A DNA stretch of 30,072 bases from a virus (taxonomy: Duplodnaviria > Caudoviricetes), in the IMG/VR virus record IMGVR_UViG_3300029171_000036, positions 1 through 30,072 of that record; one strand, 5' to 3'. The notes below the pieces were generated by a model. The model was given only the letters and a program-made list of their open reading frames with translations, made no database searches and was not told the DNA's origin. The position numbers were made by a program, and so were the translations under genes. Positions within the stretch are counted from its first letter, which is position 1; every line of letters starts with the position of its first letter. Shown here one piece after another: positions 16,034-24,882 of this stretch.

Positions 16034-16289
16034 ACAAATTGGATTTGGACTTGAACATGGAACAGAAACACTTCTTCCTCTTTTGGTTGACCCTGTCACA
16101 AATGAACTTTTAATAGAAATAATCCCCGTAGCTGGAGCTGGAACAATTACGACTGCTCATATAGAAAATGACGAAAATAGTAGGCAAGTAGGTGCTGGAA
16201 TAACCGACGATGTAGATGAAAACATTACACCAATAACTGTCGAAGTTATAAATGGCACTCCGTGCCTTAGACTAGACATCACAACATAA
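16011..16289 (+). CDS. Small virion protein made of two D[QE]NSRQ modules
   Basis: ATG 16011; KTDQNSRQ... and ENDENSRQ... repeats. Confidence 0.7.
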   Translation: MKTDQNSRQIGFGLEHGTETLLPLLVDPVTNELLIEIIPVAGAGTITTAHIENDENSRQVGAGITDDVDENITPITVEVINGTPCLRLDITT

Positions 16290-16290
16290 C

Positions 16291-16593
16291 ATGAGTAAAA
16301 ATATCGAACCATCAAGTCAAATTGGCACACGTTCTGGAATTATCACTACGGCTGGCACACTCCTACCTGCGAATCCAGAGAGACGATGTGTTATCATACA
16401 AAACCTTGGTACAAACGCACTCTTTGTGAAGTTTGGATCAGGAGCCTCTGTGTCTTCTTTTGATGTAGTACTTAAAGGAGGATCAGTAAACGACGACGGA
16501 AATGGTGGGTCGGTCTCTTTCGACGTACTTTCTTTTACTGGAATAATTAGTGTGGCTGGAACATCTCCACGATGCACAGGCACAGATTTTTAA
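16291..16593 (+). CDS. Small beta-rich virion protein
   Basis: LLPANPERRCVIIQNLGTNALFVKFG motif; lies among structural genes. Confidence 0.65.
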   Translation: MSKNIEPSSQIGTRSGIITTAGTLLPANPERRCVIIQNLGTNALFVKFGSGASVSSFDVVLKGGSVNDDGNGGSVSFDVLSFTGIISVAGTSPRCTGTDF

Positions 16594-16594
16594 T

Positions 16595-18091
16595 ATGAAA
16601 ATATTCCAACCAGGAGGCGGTGGAGGTGTTACAAATAACGGCTCAGGATCAGCAACTCGTGTTGCTTATTGGATATCGGCAACTCAAATAGGAGGTGATG
16701 CAAACTTTTTTTTCGACCCAACAAATGACAGACTTTCAATAGGAAAGCCGTCTACGGTTTTTGGACTTGATGTGTTGGAGTCAATAAACACAGACGAATT
16801 TTATAGAATAGAAGACGATTTTGTTCTAGGACAAACACAAGCTTCGGGTCTTCTGGCTGTTGGGAACGACGCACGAAATATACTTACCGCACCACTTTCA
16901 ACGGCTGGTACAAACAATCTTGCAATAGCAACACAATCAAATCCTCCAAATACAACAATGAGTGCCTCTCTTGTAGTGGGACAAAACATCCCTGCGTCTG
17001 ACGCCGCTGGGTTTATTGGCGACCTATCAAACTCAATTTTCATTGGAGTATCAAGTGTTAGTGTGAATGGGGTTGACAACACAATTATCGACCAAGTCAT
17101 TGTCCTTGGAACTGAAAGTTTTACTAATTTTGCAGGAGACACTCATTCTGGTCATATCATCATTGGAAACCTCTCATACACTCAACCAGGAATTGCTTCT
17201 GGAAACTTAATAATTGGACACGAAACAGCAATAAGTCCCGGAACTTCTTCAAATAATATAATAATTGGAGGTGCAAACACATTTGCTGACACAGACTTCA
17301 ATATAATTCTTGGAAATGCAAACACAAACACAATAACAGGTCATGCTTCTTCTGCTGTAGTTGGGCATTTTAGTAACATACAGTCAGCCAACGTAATTGC
17401 AATCGGAGGTGATGTTGTTAGCTTGGTGGACTTTGGAATGTTCACGATGTACTTAGGACGAGGAGAACAAACAAGAGAAACTAGTGTCGAAGGAGGCGTT
17501 ATTTATACAGCATCAAAAGCGTTTGATACAGACATAGCAGGAATAGATGTTCATATAAACGGAGGTCAGTCAACAGGAACAGGAATTGGAGGAAAAGTCA
17601 TAATTGGAACAAGTAAAGCAGGTTCAACAGGTTCTACGTTGAATGGGTATGCTAATGTTGTTGAGTTCGACGAAAACGGAAACATAAGAGCTGCAAGAGT
17701 TCACAACAACCTAACTGCACAAGGAGGTGCTACAGAACAAGACATCCGTTCTGGGACATATACACCAACTCTTTTCAACACAACAAATGTGGCCGCATCA
17801 ACTGCACGCAAAGCTCAATGGCTACGACTAGGAAACGTGGTAACTGTTTCTGGACAACTAGATATCGACCCAACAGGAATTGGTGCGGTACTTCTTGGAA
17901 TTTCACTTCCTGTGGCATCTGACTTTGCTACTGCGTTTCAACTTGGCGGAACAGCAAGTAGTATGGCAATTGCAAACGAATCAGCAGGACTTGAAGCGGA
18001 CGCAACAAACAACAGAGCATCTCTAAAGTATGTGGCAGTCGACACAACAAACCACACGATGGCTTACACCTTTACTTATGTAGTTATATAA
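16595..18091 (+). CDS. Tail fibre / receptor-binding protein with YadA-head-like repeats
   Basis: Repeats SLVVG, SIFIG, VIVLG, HIIIG, NLIIG, NIIIG, NIILG, SAVVG, VIAIG; C-terminal SGTYTPT...WLRLGNVVTV...SLPVA tip domain. Confidence 0.75.
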   Translation: MKIFQPGGGGGVTNNGSGSATRVAYWISATQIGGDANFFFDPTNDRLSIGKPSTVFGLDVLESINTDEFYRIEDDFVLGQTQASGLLAVGNDARNILTAPLSTAGTNNLAIATQSNPPNTTMSASLVVGQNIPASDAAGFIGDLSNSIFIGVSSVSVNGVDNTIIDQVIVLGTESFTNFAGDTHSGHIIIGNLSYTQPGIASGNLIIGHETAISPGTSSNNIIIGGANTFADTDFNIILGNANTNTITGHASSAVVGHFSNIQSANVIAIGGDVVSLVDFGMFTMYLGRGEQTRETSVEGGVIYTASKAFDTDIAGIDVHINGGQSTGTGIGGKVIIGTSKAGSTGSTLNGYANVVEFDENGNIRAARVHNNLTAQGGATEQDIRSGTYTPTLFNTTNVAASTARKAQWLRLGNVVTVSGQLDIDPTGIGAVLLGISLPVASDFATAFQLGGTASSMAIANESAGLEADATNNRASLKYVAVDTTNHTMAYTFTYVVI

Positions 18092-18095
18092 AAAT

Positions 18096-18437
18096 ATGGA
18101 AGCATTACTAGAATTTGCACAAACAGCCTCACCTCTCGCAATATTAGCCTTGTTTCTTATTTTTTTGATAATCATTGTACTACAACTTGTAAAAGGGAAA
18201 AATCTTCTTGGTGGAATCATCAACACTCAAAACAAAAAGTACCCAATAATACAACATACCGACGAGATTCTAAGCACTCTCAATAGAAAGATTGACACCG
18301 TAATGAACAACCACCTCCATGAACTCCCAGACATGAAATCAACCCTTGATGGATTGAGGGAATCAAGTCGAAGAATGGAAGAGCAAAATGGGAAAATGAT
18401 CGACCTACTTGTTCAAATTAACACTAAACTAAAATAA
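18096..18437 (+). CDS. Single-TM plus coiled-coil membrane protein (possible holin-like)
   Basis: SPLAILALFLIFLIIIVLQLV followed by a helical soluble part. Confidence 0.6.
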   Translation: MEALLEFAQTASPLAILALFLIFLIIIVLQLVKGKNLLGGIINTQNKKYPIIQHTDEILSTLNRKIDTVMNNHLHELPDMKSTLDGLRESSRRMEEQNGKMIDLLVQINTKLK

Positions 18438-18441
18438 CTAT

Positions 18442-20438
18442 ATGGCAGGAGAAAACGCAAAAATTGACCAAAATAGTAGACAAGCATTGACCGCCATCAC
18501 TGATGACGTAGCACAAGAGATACGAAATCTTCGAGTAAACCCAATAACAGGAAGACTTCTTGTTTCTGCAGTCATTACTTAACAAATACTGATATTGGAA
18601 GTACTATTGGGGGTGGAACAGACGGCTCTGTGTTGTTTGTTGGAACAGGAAGTACTCTCGCGCAAGACAATGCGAATTTCTTCTACAACGATACAACCAA
18701 TCGACTTCATCTTGGAGGAAACAACCCACAAGCAACACTTCATGTAACAGGAACAGCACGATTCACTCTTGGATCTGACGCAACTGGAGATATGTATTAC
18801 AGAGAGGCAGGTGGAAATATGGTCCGACTTGGAATTGGCTCAAACGGTCAATTCTTGACAGTTTCAGGAGGACTTCCAGCATGGGGAGCAGGTGGTGGAG
18901 GTGGTGGATACGCAACAATTCAAGAAGACGGAACTCCGGTAACTCAACAAACAACGATGAGTTTCAATGACTTCTTCGCTGTGACAAACAACGGAGGAGC
19001 AAGTCGTACAGATATTACAATTGACGTTGCAACACTAGCCGCTGACCCAACATTCATCACAAATATCGAACCAGGACTTGATCTTGGAAGTATTGGTGGA
19101 ACAATCGACCTTGCAACTCAAGTGACAGGTGTCCTTGACGAAACAAATGGAGGTACAGGACAGTCAACAATCTCACAAGGCGATATTCTTTACGGATCAG
19201 CTGCGAACACAATCTCAAAACTCGCAAAGAGTACAACTGCGACTCGATACCTTTCAAATACTGGCACATCAAACAATCCAGCGTGGGCTCAAGTAGACCT
19301 TTCAAATGGAGTTACGGGGCAACTTCCCGTTGCAAACCTCGCAACACTTTCAGATGGTGTGATAATCATAGGAGATGGAGTTGGAGCTCCAACAACACTT
19401 GCGGCTTTTACGGGTTCAGCAGGATTCTTGAAGCATGAAAATGGAGGTCTTGAGTTTGACGCATCAGCTGTGGCAAAAGGTGGACTCATTGTTGGAACAG
19501 GAACAGGAACCATGGGACTAAAAGCTGTCGGAACAAACAACCAAGCATTGTTGGCAGATTCAACACAAGCAGGCGGAGTAAAATGGGGCGACGTTTCTCT
19601 TAGTGTTGACACTCAAGTATTTACGTCTAGTGGAACATGGACAAAACCTGCAGGAGCAAAAACTGTTGTAGTTATAGCTATTGGTGCAGGTGGAGACGGA
19701 GGAAGTGGTACAGGAGCTGCGGTAGGTAATAACAGAGGAGGTGGTGCTGGTGGTGGAGGAGCAACACGTGTAGAAAATACATTTGACGCCTCTGCTTTTG
19801 GAGCTACCGTGAGTGTAACTGTTGCTGCCAGTGGAAGCTCAGGAGCAAGCTCGTCTTTTGGAAGCTATGTTGTTGCAATAGGTGGAAGTAATGGCGGAAG
19901 TGATACTACTCTTTGCTCTGGTGGATCAGGAGGTGGACTTGTTGCAAAAGCTTCTGGTACTAGTGCCGGAACAGGGTTTGAAGGAGCAGGAGTAACAGGA
20001 ACCGCTGCCACAGGATTGTGTGCTGCATACGGCGGTGCCTCTGGTGGTGGCGCGCAATATACAGCGATTGGTAACACCGGAGGATCATCTCTTTTTGGAG
20101 GAGGAGGCGGTTCTGGTGCTGGTGGAGTAACCGCAGGATCTCCTGGTACTGAAACTGCTGGCGGTCAAGCAGGTGTTTCTCTCTCATATGTTGCAGGAGG
20201 AGGTGTTGCTGGTGGTGCAGCAAAGACGGCAGGAAATGCTGGAACTTCAAGAAGTGGAACTGGACTTTGTGGAGATGGAGGTTCTGGAGGTGGTGGAAAC
20301 AATAGTGGTGCAGGAGGTGCAGGAGGTGCAGGAGGTGCTCCAGGTGGAGGAGGTGGGGGTGGAGGAGGAGGAACACCGACAGGAGGTGCAGGAGGTGCAG
20401 GAGGTCGAGGAGAAGTGATAGTATACACATATTTCTAA
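18442..20438 (+). CDS. Tail fibre with C-terminal glycine-rich domain, split by a -1 frame break at about 18580
   Basis: ATG 18442 gives 46 aa ending in TAA 18580-18582; the -1 frame continues TNTDIGSTIGGGTDGSVLFVG into the 602-aa ORF; VFTSSGTWTKPAG...IGAGG and polyglycine to GGRGEVIVYTYF. Confidence 0.8.
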
Positions 20439-20444
20439 AACACA

Positions 20445-21986
20445 ATGAACACCTCACCACTATTCATCAACAAATTCCAAGAAGGATCAGCACAAAACGC
20501 CAACATCGGATTCGGCGTTATGGTTGGTGTTGACACACAAGGAATACAAGGTGTTGTCCGACCGTCAAAAATCTCTGAAAAAGTGAGTGGATCTGTGGTG
20601 ACTGACATGCCAACATACTTCACTGCAAAAGATGACGATGAGTATTTTTGTCTTGATGAAAACGGAAATGTTTACAAATCAACAGACGCAGGAGAATCGT
20701 GGTCAACAGTTTCAGGTACGACAACAACATCTTCAAGTGGAAATGGACTTCAGTGGTTCGAGGGGTATTTGTTTGATTTCAGAAACACGATAATAGACTA
20801 CTGGAACGGAGCGTCTTGGACTGCCTCTTGGAAAACAGGACTCACAAATGCCGACCACTACACCTTTGTGTATCCGTCAGCTTATGGATTTTATTTTGCA
20901 AATGGAAACAAACTTGGTTTTATTGGGAAAGTAGACGCAAATACAACATTCAATCCAGGAGGCACAATTGGGACAGATTATCTCTATACCGACAACGTCT
21001 TTGAACTTCCAGATCTTTATACAATCCACTGTATGGCATTCCTCTCACCAAATTATCTTGCACTTGGTACAGGCTCTAAATTAAATGCTACGGTGGCTGA
21101 TATCATACTTTGGGATACAATCACTAAAAATAAATTTGAACCACCTCTACGCTTGTTTTCACGAGCCTACGAAGGACAGAATGGAGTACGCCAACTTATA
21201 AACAGAAACAATTCACTTTATGCTGTAACAGGTGGAAGTCATTCTCTTTTTGAAACAAACGGAACAACATTTCGAGAAATAGAAAACATTTCAGAGGTTG
21301 TGAAATACAGAAACTCGTCACTCAACGAAACTCCTGTTCAAGTATTTCTACATCCAAAAGCAGGAGCAATTGAAGTAATAGGAAACAAACTCTTCACGGG
21401 TGTGTCTTCTCGTTCTGGTGTTCCTTCAGGAACTCCATCAGGCTATGGTCCATATCCAATGGGAGTCTGGAGTGCAGCATTTACAAATGATGCGGAAATA
21501 GTAACATGTGAACACGTACTTTCAACAGGGCAAACGATCGCAGAAGGATCAGTAAACCCAATACGAATTGGAGCAATTAAAGCAACTACACAAGGACGAC
21601 TTTTGATAGGATGGGAAACAGGAACAGCTGTAGGAATTGATCTTATAAACGCATTCAACTACCAAACAAACGCAGCAAATACTGCGATCGAAAGTCCGAT
21701 GTTTGAAATAGGAACTCCCCTCGTACCGGAAGTCATTTCAAATATTGAAATAAATCTTGTTCGTAAACTCTTGACAAATCAGACAATCCTTGTATATTAC
21801 AGAACTGGTTTTGATCAAGACTACACACTTCTTCAAACATTTACAGGGGATGGAACTTCTACAAAATACTCAATCACTGAAAATCCAATCGGCGAGACTC
21901 AATACCTTCAAATGCTTATACGAGAAGCAACTGTGGCAGGACAAGAAAAACAGTCGGTCGACTTACGAAACGTAATCATTTCATAA
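20445..21986 (+). CDS. Putative tail nozzle/stabilisation protein (beta-propeller; P22 gp10 / T7 gp12 analogue)
   Basis: 513 aa, beta-rich with Asp-box STDAGESW; position in the tail block. Confidence 0.6.
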   Translation: MNTSPLFINKFQEGSAQNANIGFGVMVGVDTQGIQGVVRPSKISEKVSGSVVTDMPTYFTAKDDDEYFCLDENGNVYKSTDAGESWSTVSGTTTTSSSGNGLQWFEGYLFDFRNTIIDYWNGASWTASWKTGLTNADHYTFVYPSAYGFYFANGNKLGFIGKVDANTTFNPGGTIGTDYLYTDNVFELPDLYTIHCMAFLSPNYLALGTGSKLNATVADIILWDTITKNKFEPPLRLFSRAYEGQNGVRQLINRNNSLYAVTGGSHSLFETNGTTFREIENISEVVKYRNSSLNETPVQVFLHPKAGAIEVIGNKLFTGVSSRSGVPSGTPSGYGPYPMGVWSAAFTNDAEIVTCEHVLSTGQTIAEGSVNPIRIGAIKATTQGRLLIGWETGTAVGIDLINAFNYQTNAANTAIESPMFEIGTPLVPEVISNIEINLVRKLLTNQTILVYYRTGFDQDYTLLQTFTGDGTSTKYSITENPIGETQYLQMLIREATVAGQEKQSVDLRNVIIS

Positions 21987-21987
21987 T

Positions 21988-22740
21988 ATGGACAGAGCAA
22001 CTATTCAAAAAATGATAGACGACACAATCAAAAGAACTCTCATGAGTAATACAAATGAGATTGTTCCTCGTCATACACACAACGGTGCTGACTCTCCAAG
22101 AATTCCATACTCAAATATCAGTCCATACCCTCCATTGAATGTGAACAATATCGGCACAAGTCTTGGGCAAACTCAAGCGGGATCAACTGCCATGTTTGAC
22201 TTCTCGGGAAATCTTGTCAATCCATCACTACCACTTTGGTCTTGGGGTCCTTTGTTTTTTCTAAACAATCAATGGAATTCACTTGATGTTGCAGATTTTT
22301 ATGTTGATGTATACCAACTTGCATCAAATCAAACAATCACAAATGGAAGTGCAGACATTGTAATTTTTGATACAATTGGAACTCAATATCCAGGAGAATA
22401 TGATATTGCAACAGGAAAATATGAACCAATAGAAGACAGTAGTGGGAACACTTTTATCTATCCAGGATATTATTTAGTTACGGCATCTGTTGGAATAACT
22501 CCAACAAATGCATTGGGGTATGTAGATATAATGGTTGATATTGATGGCACCATAAAAGCAGACAAAGTAGTAAAAAATCCTGGAATAGATTTCACCATGG
22601 ATATTTCTGTCCTATTAAAAGACGACATAACAGACTATATTGCAATACAAATAGGGAATGGCACAGGAGCGTCGATTGACACAGTGAATAATCAGTCGGT
22701 TACATATTTTAAGGTAAAAAAGATACCAGGAATTTATTAA
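21988..22740 (+). CDS. Virion protein with C-terminal C1q/TNF-like domain
   Basis: HTHNGADSPRI N-terminal motif; NQTI.NG...VIFDT...YD.ATG.Y...PGYYLVTASV pattern. Confidence 0.6.
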   Translation: MDRATIQKMIDDTIKRTLMSNTNEIVPRHTHNGADSPRIPYSNISPYPPLNVNNIGTSLGQTQAGSTAMFDFSGNLVNPSLPLWSWGPLFFLNNQWNSLDVADFYVDVYQLASNQTITNGSADIVIFDTIGTQYPGEYDIATGKYEPIEDSSGNTFIYPGYYLVTASVGITPTNALGYVDIMVDIDGTIKADKVVKNPGIDFTMDISVLLKDDITDYIAIQIGNGTGASIDTVNNQSVTYFKVKKIPGIY

Positions 22741-22754
22741 ATAACAACACCACA

Positions 22755-23639
22755 ATGAAATCCTACACAACACTACGAAATCTATGGGGAAAGTTCACAC
22801 AAAATAATTCAAGCACAAACTTGACTCTTGGAGATGAACTCATGAATGATGCACATCGCTATCTTCTCCAGAAATATTTTAATAACGAAAAAACATACAC
22901 TCGCCCAACCGTCGCGAGTCAACAAGCATACAAAAATCCTCCAAACTATTCAAAGAATAAAACTTTGACTGTGACAAATGGGCAAATCAAATACACCCTT
23001 ATTGAAGTCCAAACTCGCGAAGAATGGGATAGGTTGAACTTCATTACTTATTCTTCCGATATCCCTTCATACTACTTCGTGTATAACGGCGAGACTCTTA
23101 TTTATCCAACACCTTCATCTTCTGCAAACACAATCACGTGGAACTATAAAATTCGTGTTCCAGATTTGAATTTTGCTGACTACACAACGGGTACGATAAG
23201 TATCGGAATTGGAGGGACTGCAGTAACAGGGGCAGGCACAACATGGCAACCAACAGTGAGTACGGCAAATGAAAGTAGATGGATCCGTCCAACATTTCCT
23301 GGAGGTGATGGTATGTGGTATCAAATTGACACAGTGAACACCACAACAGGATTGACACTTGAGACAGAATACGAAGGAAGTACAGCAGTCTCAGGTGGTG
23401 CATATACAATAGGACAAATGCCATTACTTCTTGAAGACTTCCATGACCTGATAGTGTTTAGACCAGTAATGCTCTACTACTCTTCAATCCTAGAAAAACC
23501 GGCAAAGGCTGCAGAATTCAAAACACTCTACAATGAAGGAGTACTAAGATTGAATGATTATTCAGGAAGCAAGACAACAAGTGTCGTCCTCGATAGTGAC
23601 ATTCAAATGATTAACCCTAACCTGTTCTACATACAATAA
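22755..23639 (+). CDS. Putative head-tail adaptor (P22 gp4 / T7 gp11-like) with inserted beta domain
   Basis: MNDAHR, TVASQQAY..P.NY, PSYY....LIYPTP, EDFHDLIV motifs; insert YTTGTISI...VTGAGTTW...WYQI...LTL. Confidence 0.65.
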   Translation: MKSYTTLRNLWGKFTQNNSSTNLTLGDELMNDAHRYLLQKYFNNEKTYTRPTVASQQAYKNPPNYSKNKTLTVTNGQIKYTLIEVQTREEWDRLNFITYSSDIPSYYFVYNGETLIYPTPSSSANTITWNYKIRVPDLNFADYTTGTISIGIGGTAVTGAGTTWQPTVSTANESRWIRPTFPGGDGMWYQIDTVNTTTGLTLETEYEGSTAVSGGAYTIGQMPLLLEDFHDLIVFRPVMLYYSSILEKPAKAAEFKTLYNEGVLRLNDYSGSKTTSVVLDSDIQMINPNLFYIQ

Positions 23640-23640
23640 T

Positions 23641-24876
23641 ATGGATCCAAAAACACAAACACTTAAAGATAAGTTTAAAACAAAACTCAAAAACACAATG
23701 CAGCCAATATCTGCACAGAAAATTATGAGTGGACTTCGTGCTGTCTCAAGTCCGTTTGGATTTGTGAGTGAGGCAGCAAAAACTGGTGCAGGAATTATGA
23801 ATAAAGAGATTGAGAAGAGAAAAACACTTCCTCCAATCACCCCTCAAACTACACCAACACAAGGAGGAGGTGGAACAATACAACAAAGCGGAGGAGGAAC
23901 TCAAACATATGTTCCAACCAACGTTGCAACAAGTAATGAACCAGGATCAATGAGTGGATATCTTCGACCTACTCAAACACCACAAACTCCTTCGTATTAT
24001 GCAGATAAAGTAGAACAATATTCTCAATTAACACCAGAAGAGAAAGCATACTTAGCACAAAATAGAGAACTTCAATACAAAAAAACTCTTGCCGCTGGAG
24101 ATAAATATGCAGAAATGGATATGCGAAAATCTCCTGTCGATCTAACAACACCAGATCTTGTTGGGCGTCTTCCTGGAACACAAGGACTTTTTGATCAACA
24201 AATCAATCGTGCTGATCTTTATGCCTCAATTCCAGCACAAGTGGCAGGAGATGCTCGTAAGGCAGCACTTGAAGGATATCAAGGACTTCTTGGTTCTTCA
24301 ATGCCACAACTTGGAACTGCTGGACAAGTACCTTTCTCGCCAATTGGTGGTAGTCAAGGTCCTATTTTAGGAACACAAGGAGGACAGAACGGACTCCTTG
24401 TTCAAGGAAATATTCAAATGCTTCCTAAGCTTCAAGAAAACTATAACACAATGAGAAACAATATGGGATCAATCAATGGAATTGAAGGACTCCTAAGTGG
24501 TGTTCTTGGAGGAGATCAAAACATCTACGACATCAACAAATTGAATAAAGCAATCAATTCAATCAAAAAAAATACATCATCACAAGAATACAATCAATTC
24601 CAAACACTAACATCTTCTCTTGGTCAACTTTATTCTGCATACTTCTCTGGTAGTGGACAAGAAACTGATACAACTCGACAAATAGGACAAAGCCTTATTG
24701 ATGGAACAGCAAGTGCTGAGACAATTAAAAGTGTACTAGAACTCTTGAAACAAGAAGGAGGAATCAGACTCAATCAACTTCATTCAAATATAAACAACAT
24801 CTCTTCAAATCCGTCATACCTTGGTGCTCCAAACACAAATCAAAATCAAGGTGGCGGATATGCAGAGCAATGGTAA
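23641..24876 (+). CDS. Putative internal virion / DNA ejection protein
   Basis: Q/G/N/T-rich, helical, no Cys; lies after the adaptor. Confidence 0.55.
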   Translation: MDPKTQTLKDKFKTKLKNTMQPISAQKIMSGLRAVSSPFGFVSEAAKTGAGIMNKEIEKRKTLPPITPQTTPTQGGGGTIQQSGGGTQTYVPTNVATSNEPGSMSGYLRPTQTPQTPSYYADKVEQYSQLTPEEKAYLAQNRELQYKKTLAAGDKYAEMDMRKSPVDLTTPDLVGRLPGTQGLFDQQINRADLYASIPAQVAGDARKAALEGYQGLLGSSMPQLGTAGQVPFSPIGGSQGPILGTQGGQNGLLVQGNIQMLPKLQENYNTMRNNMGSINGIEGLLSGVLGGDQNIYDINKLNKAINSIKKNTSSQEYNQFQTLTSSLGQLYSAYFSGSGQETDTTRQIGQSLIDGTASAETIKSVLELLKQEGGIRLNQLHSNINNISSNPSYLGAPNTNQNQGGGYAEQW

Positions 24877-24882
24877 AACATT

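Noticed and set aside
19865-20460. Pro-, His- and Leu-rich ORFs in alternative frames, and gcaggaggt tandem repeats
   Set aside because: Shadows of polyglycine codons in the fibre gene; no unique spacers, so not a CRISPR array.
16595-22740. Diversity-generating retroelement or invertible tail-fibre cassette
   Set aside because: No reverse transcriptase, invertase or template/variable repeat pair seen in the window.
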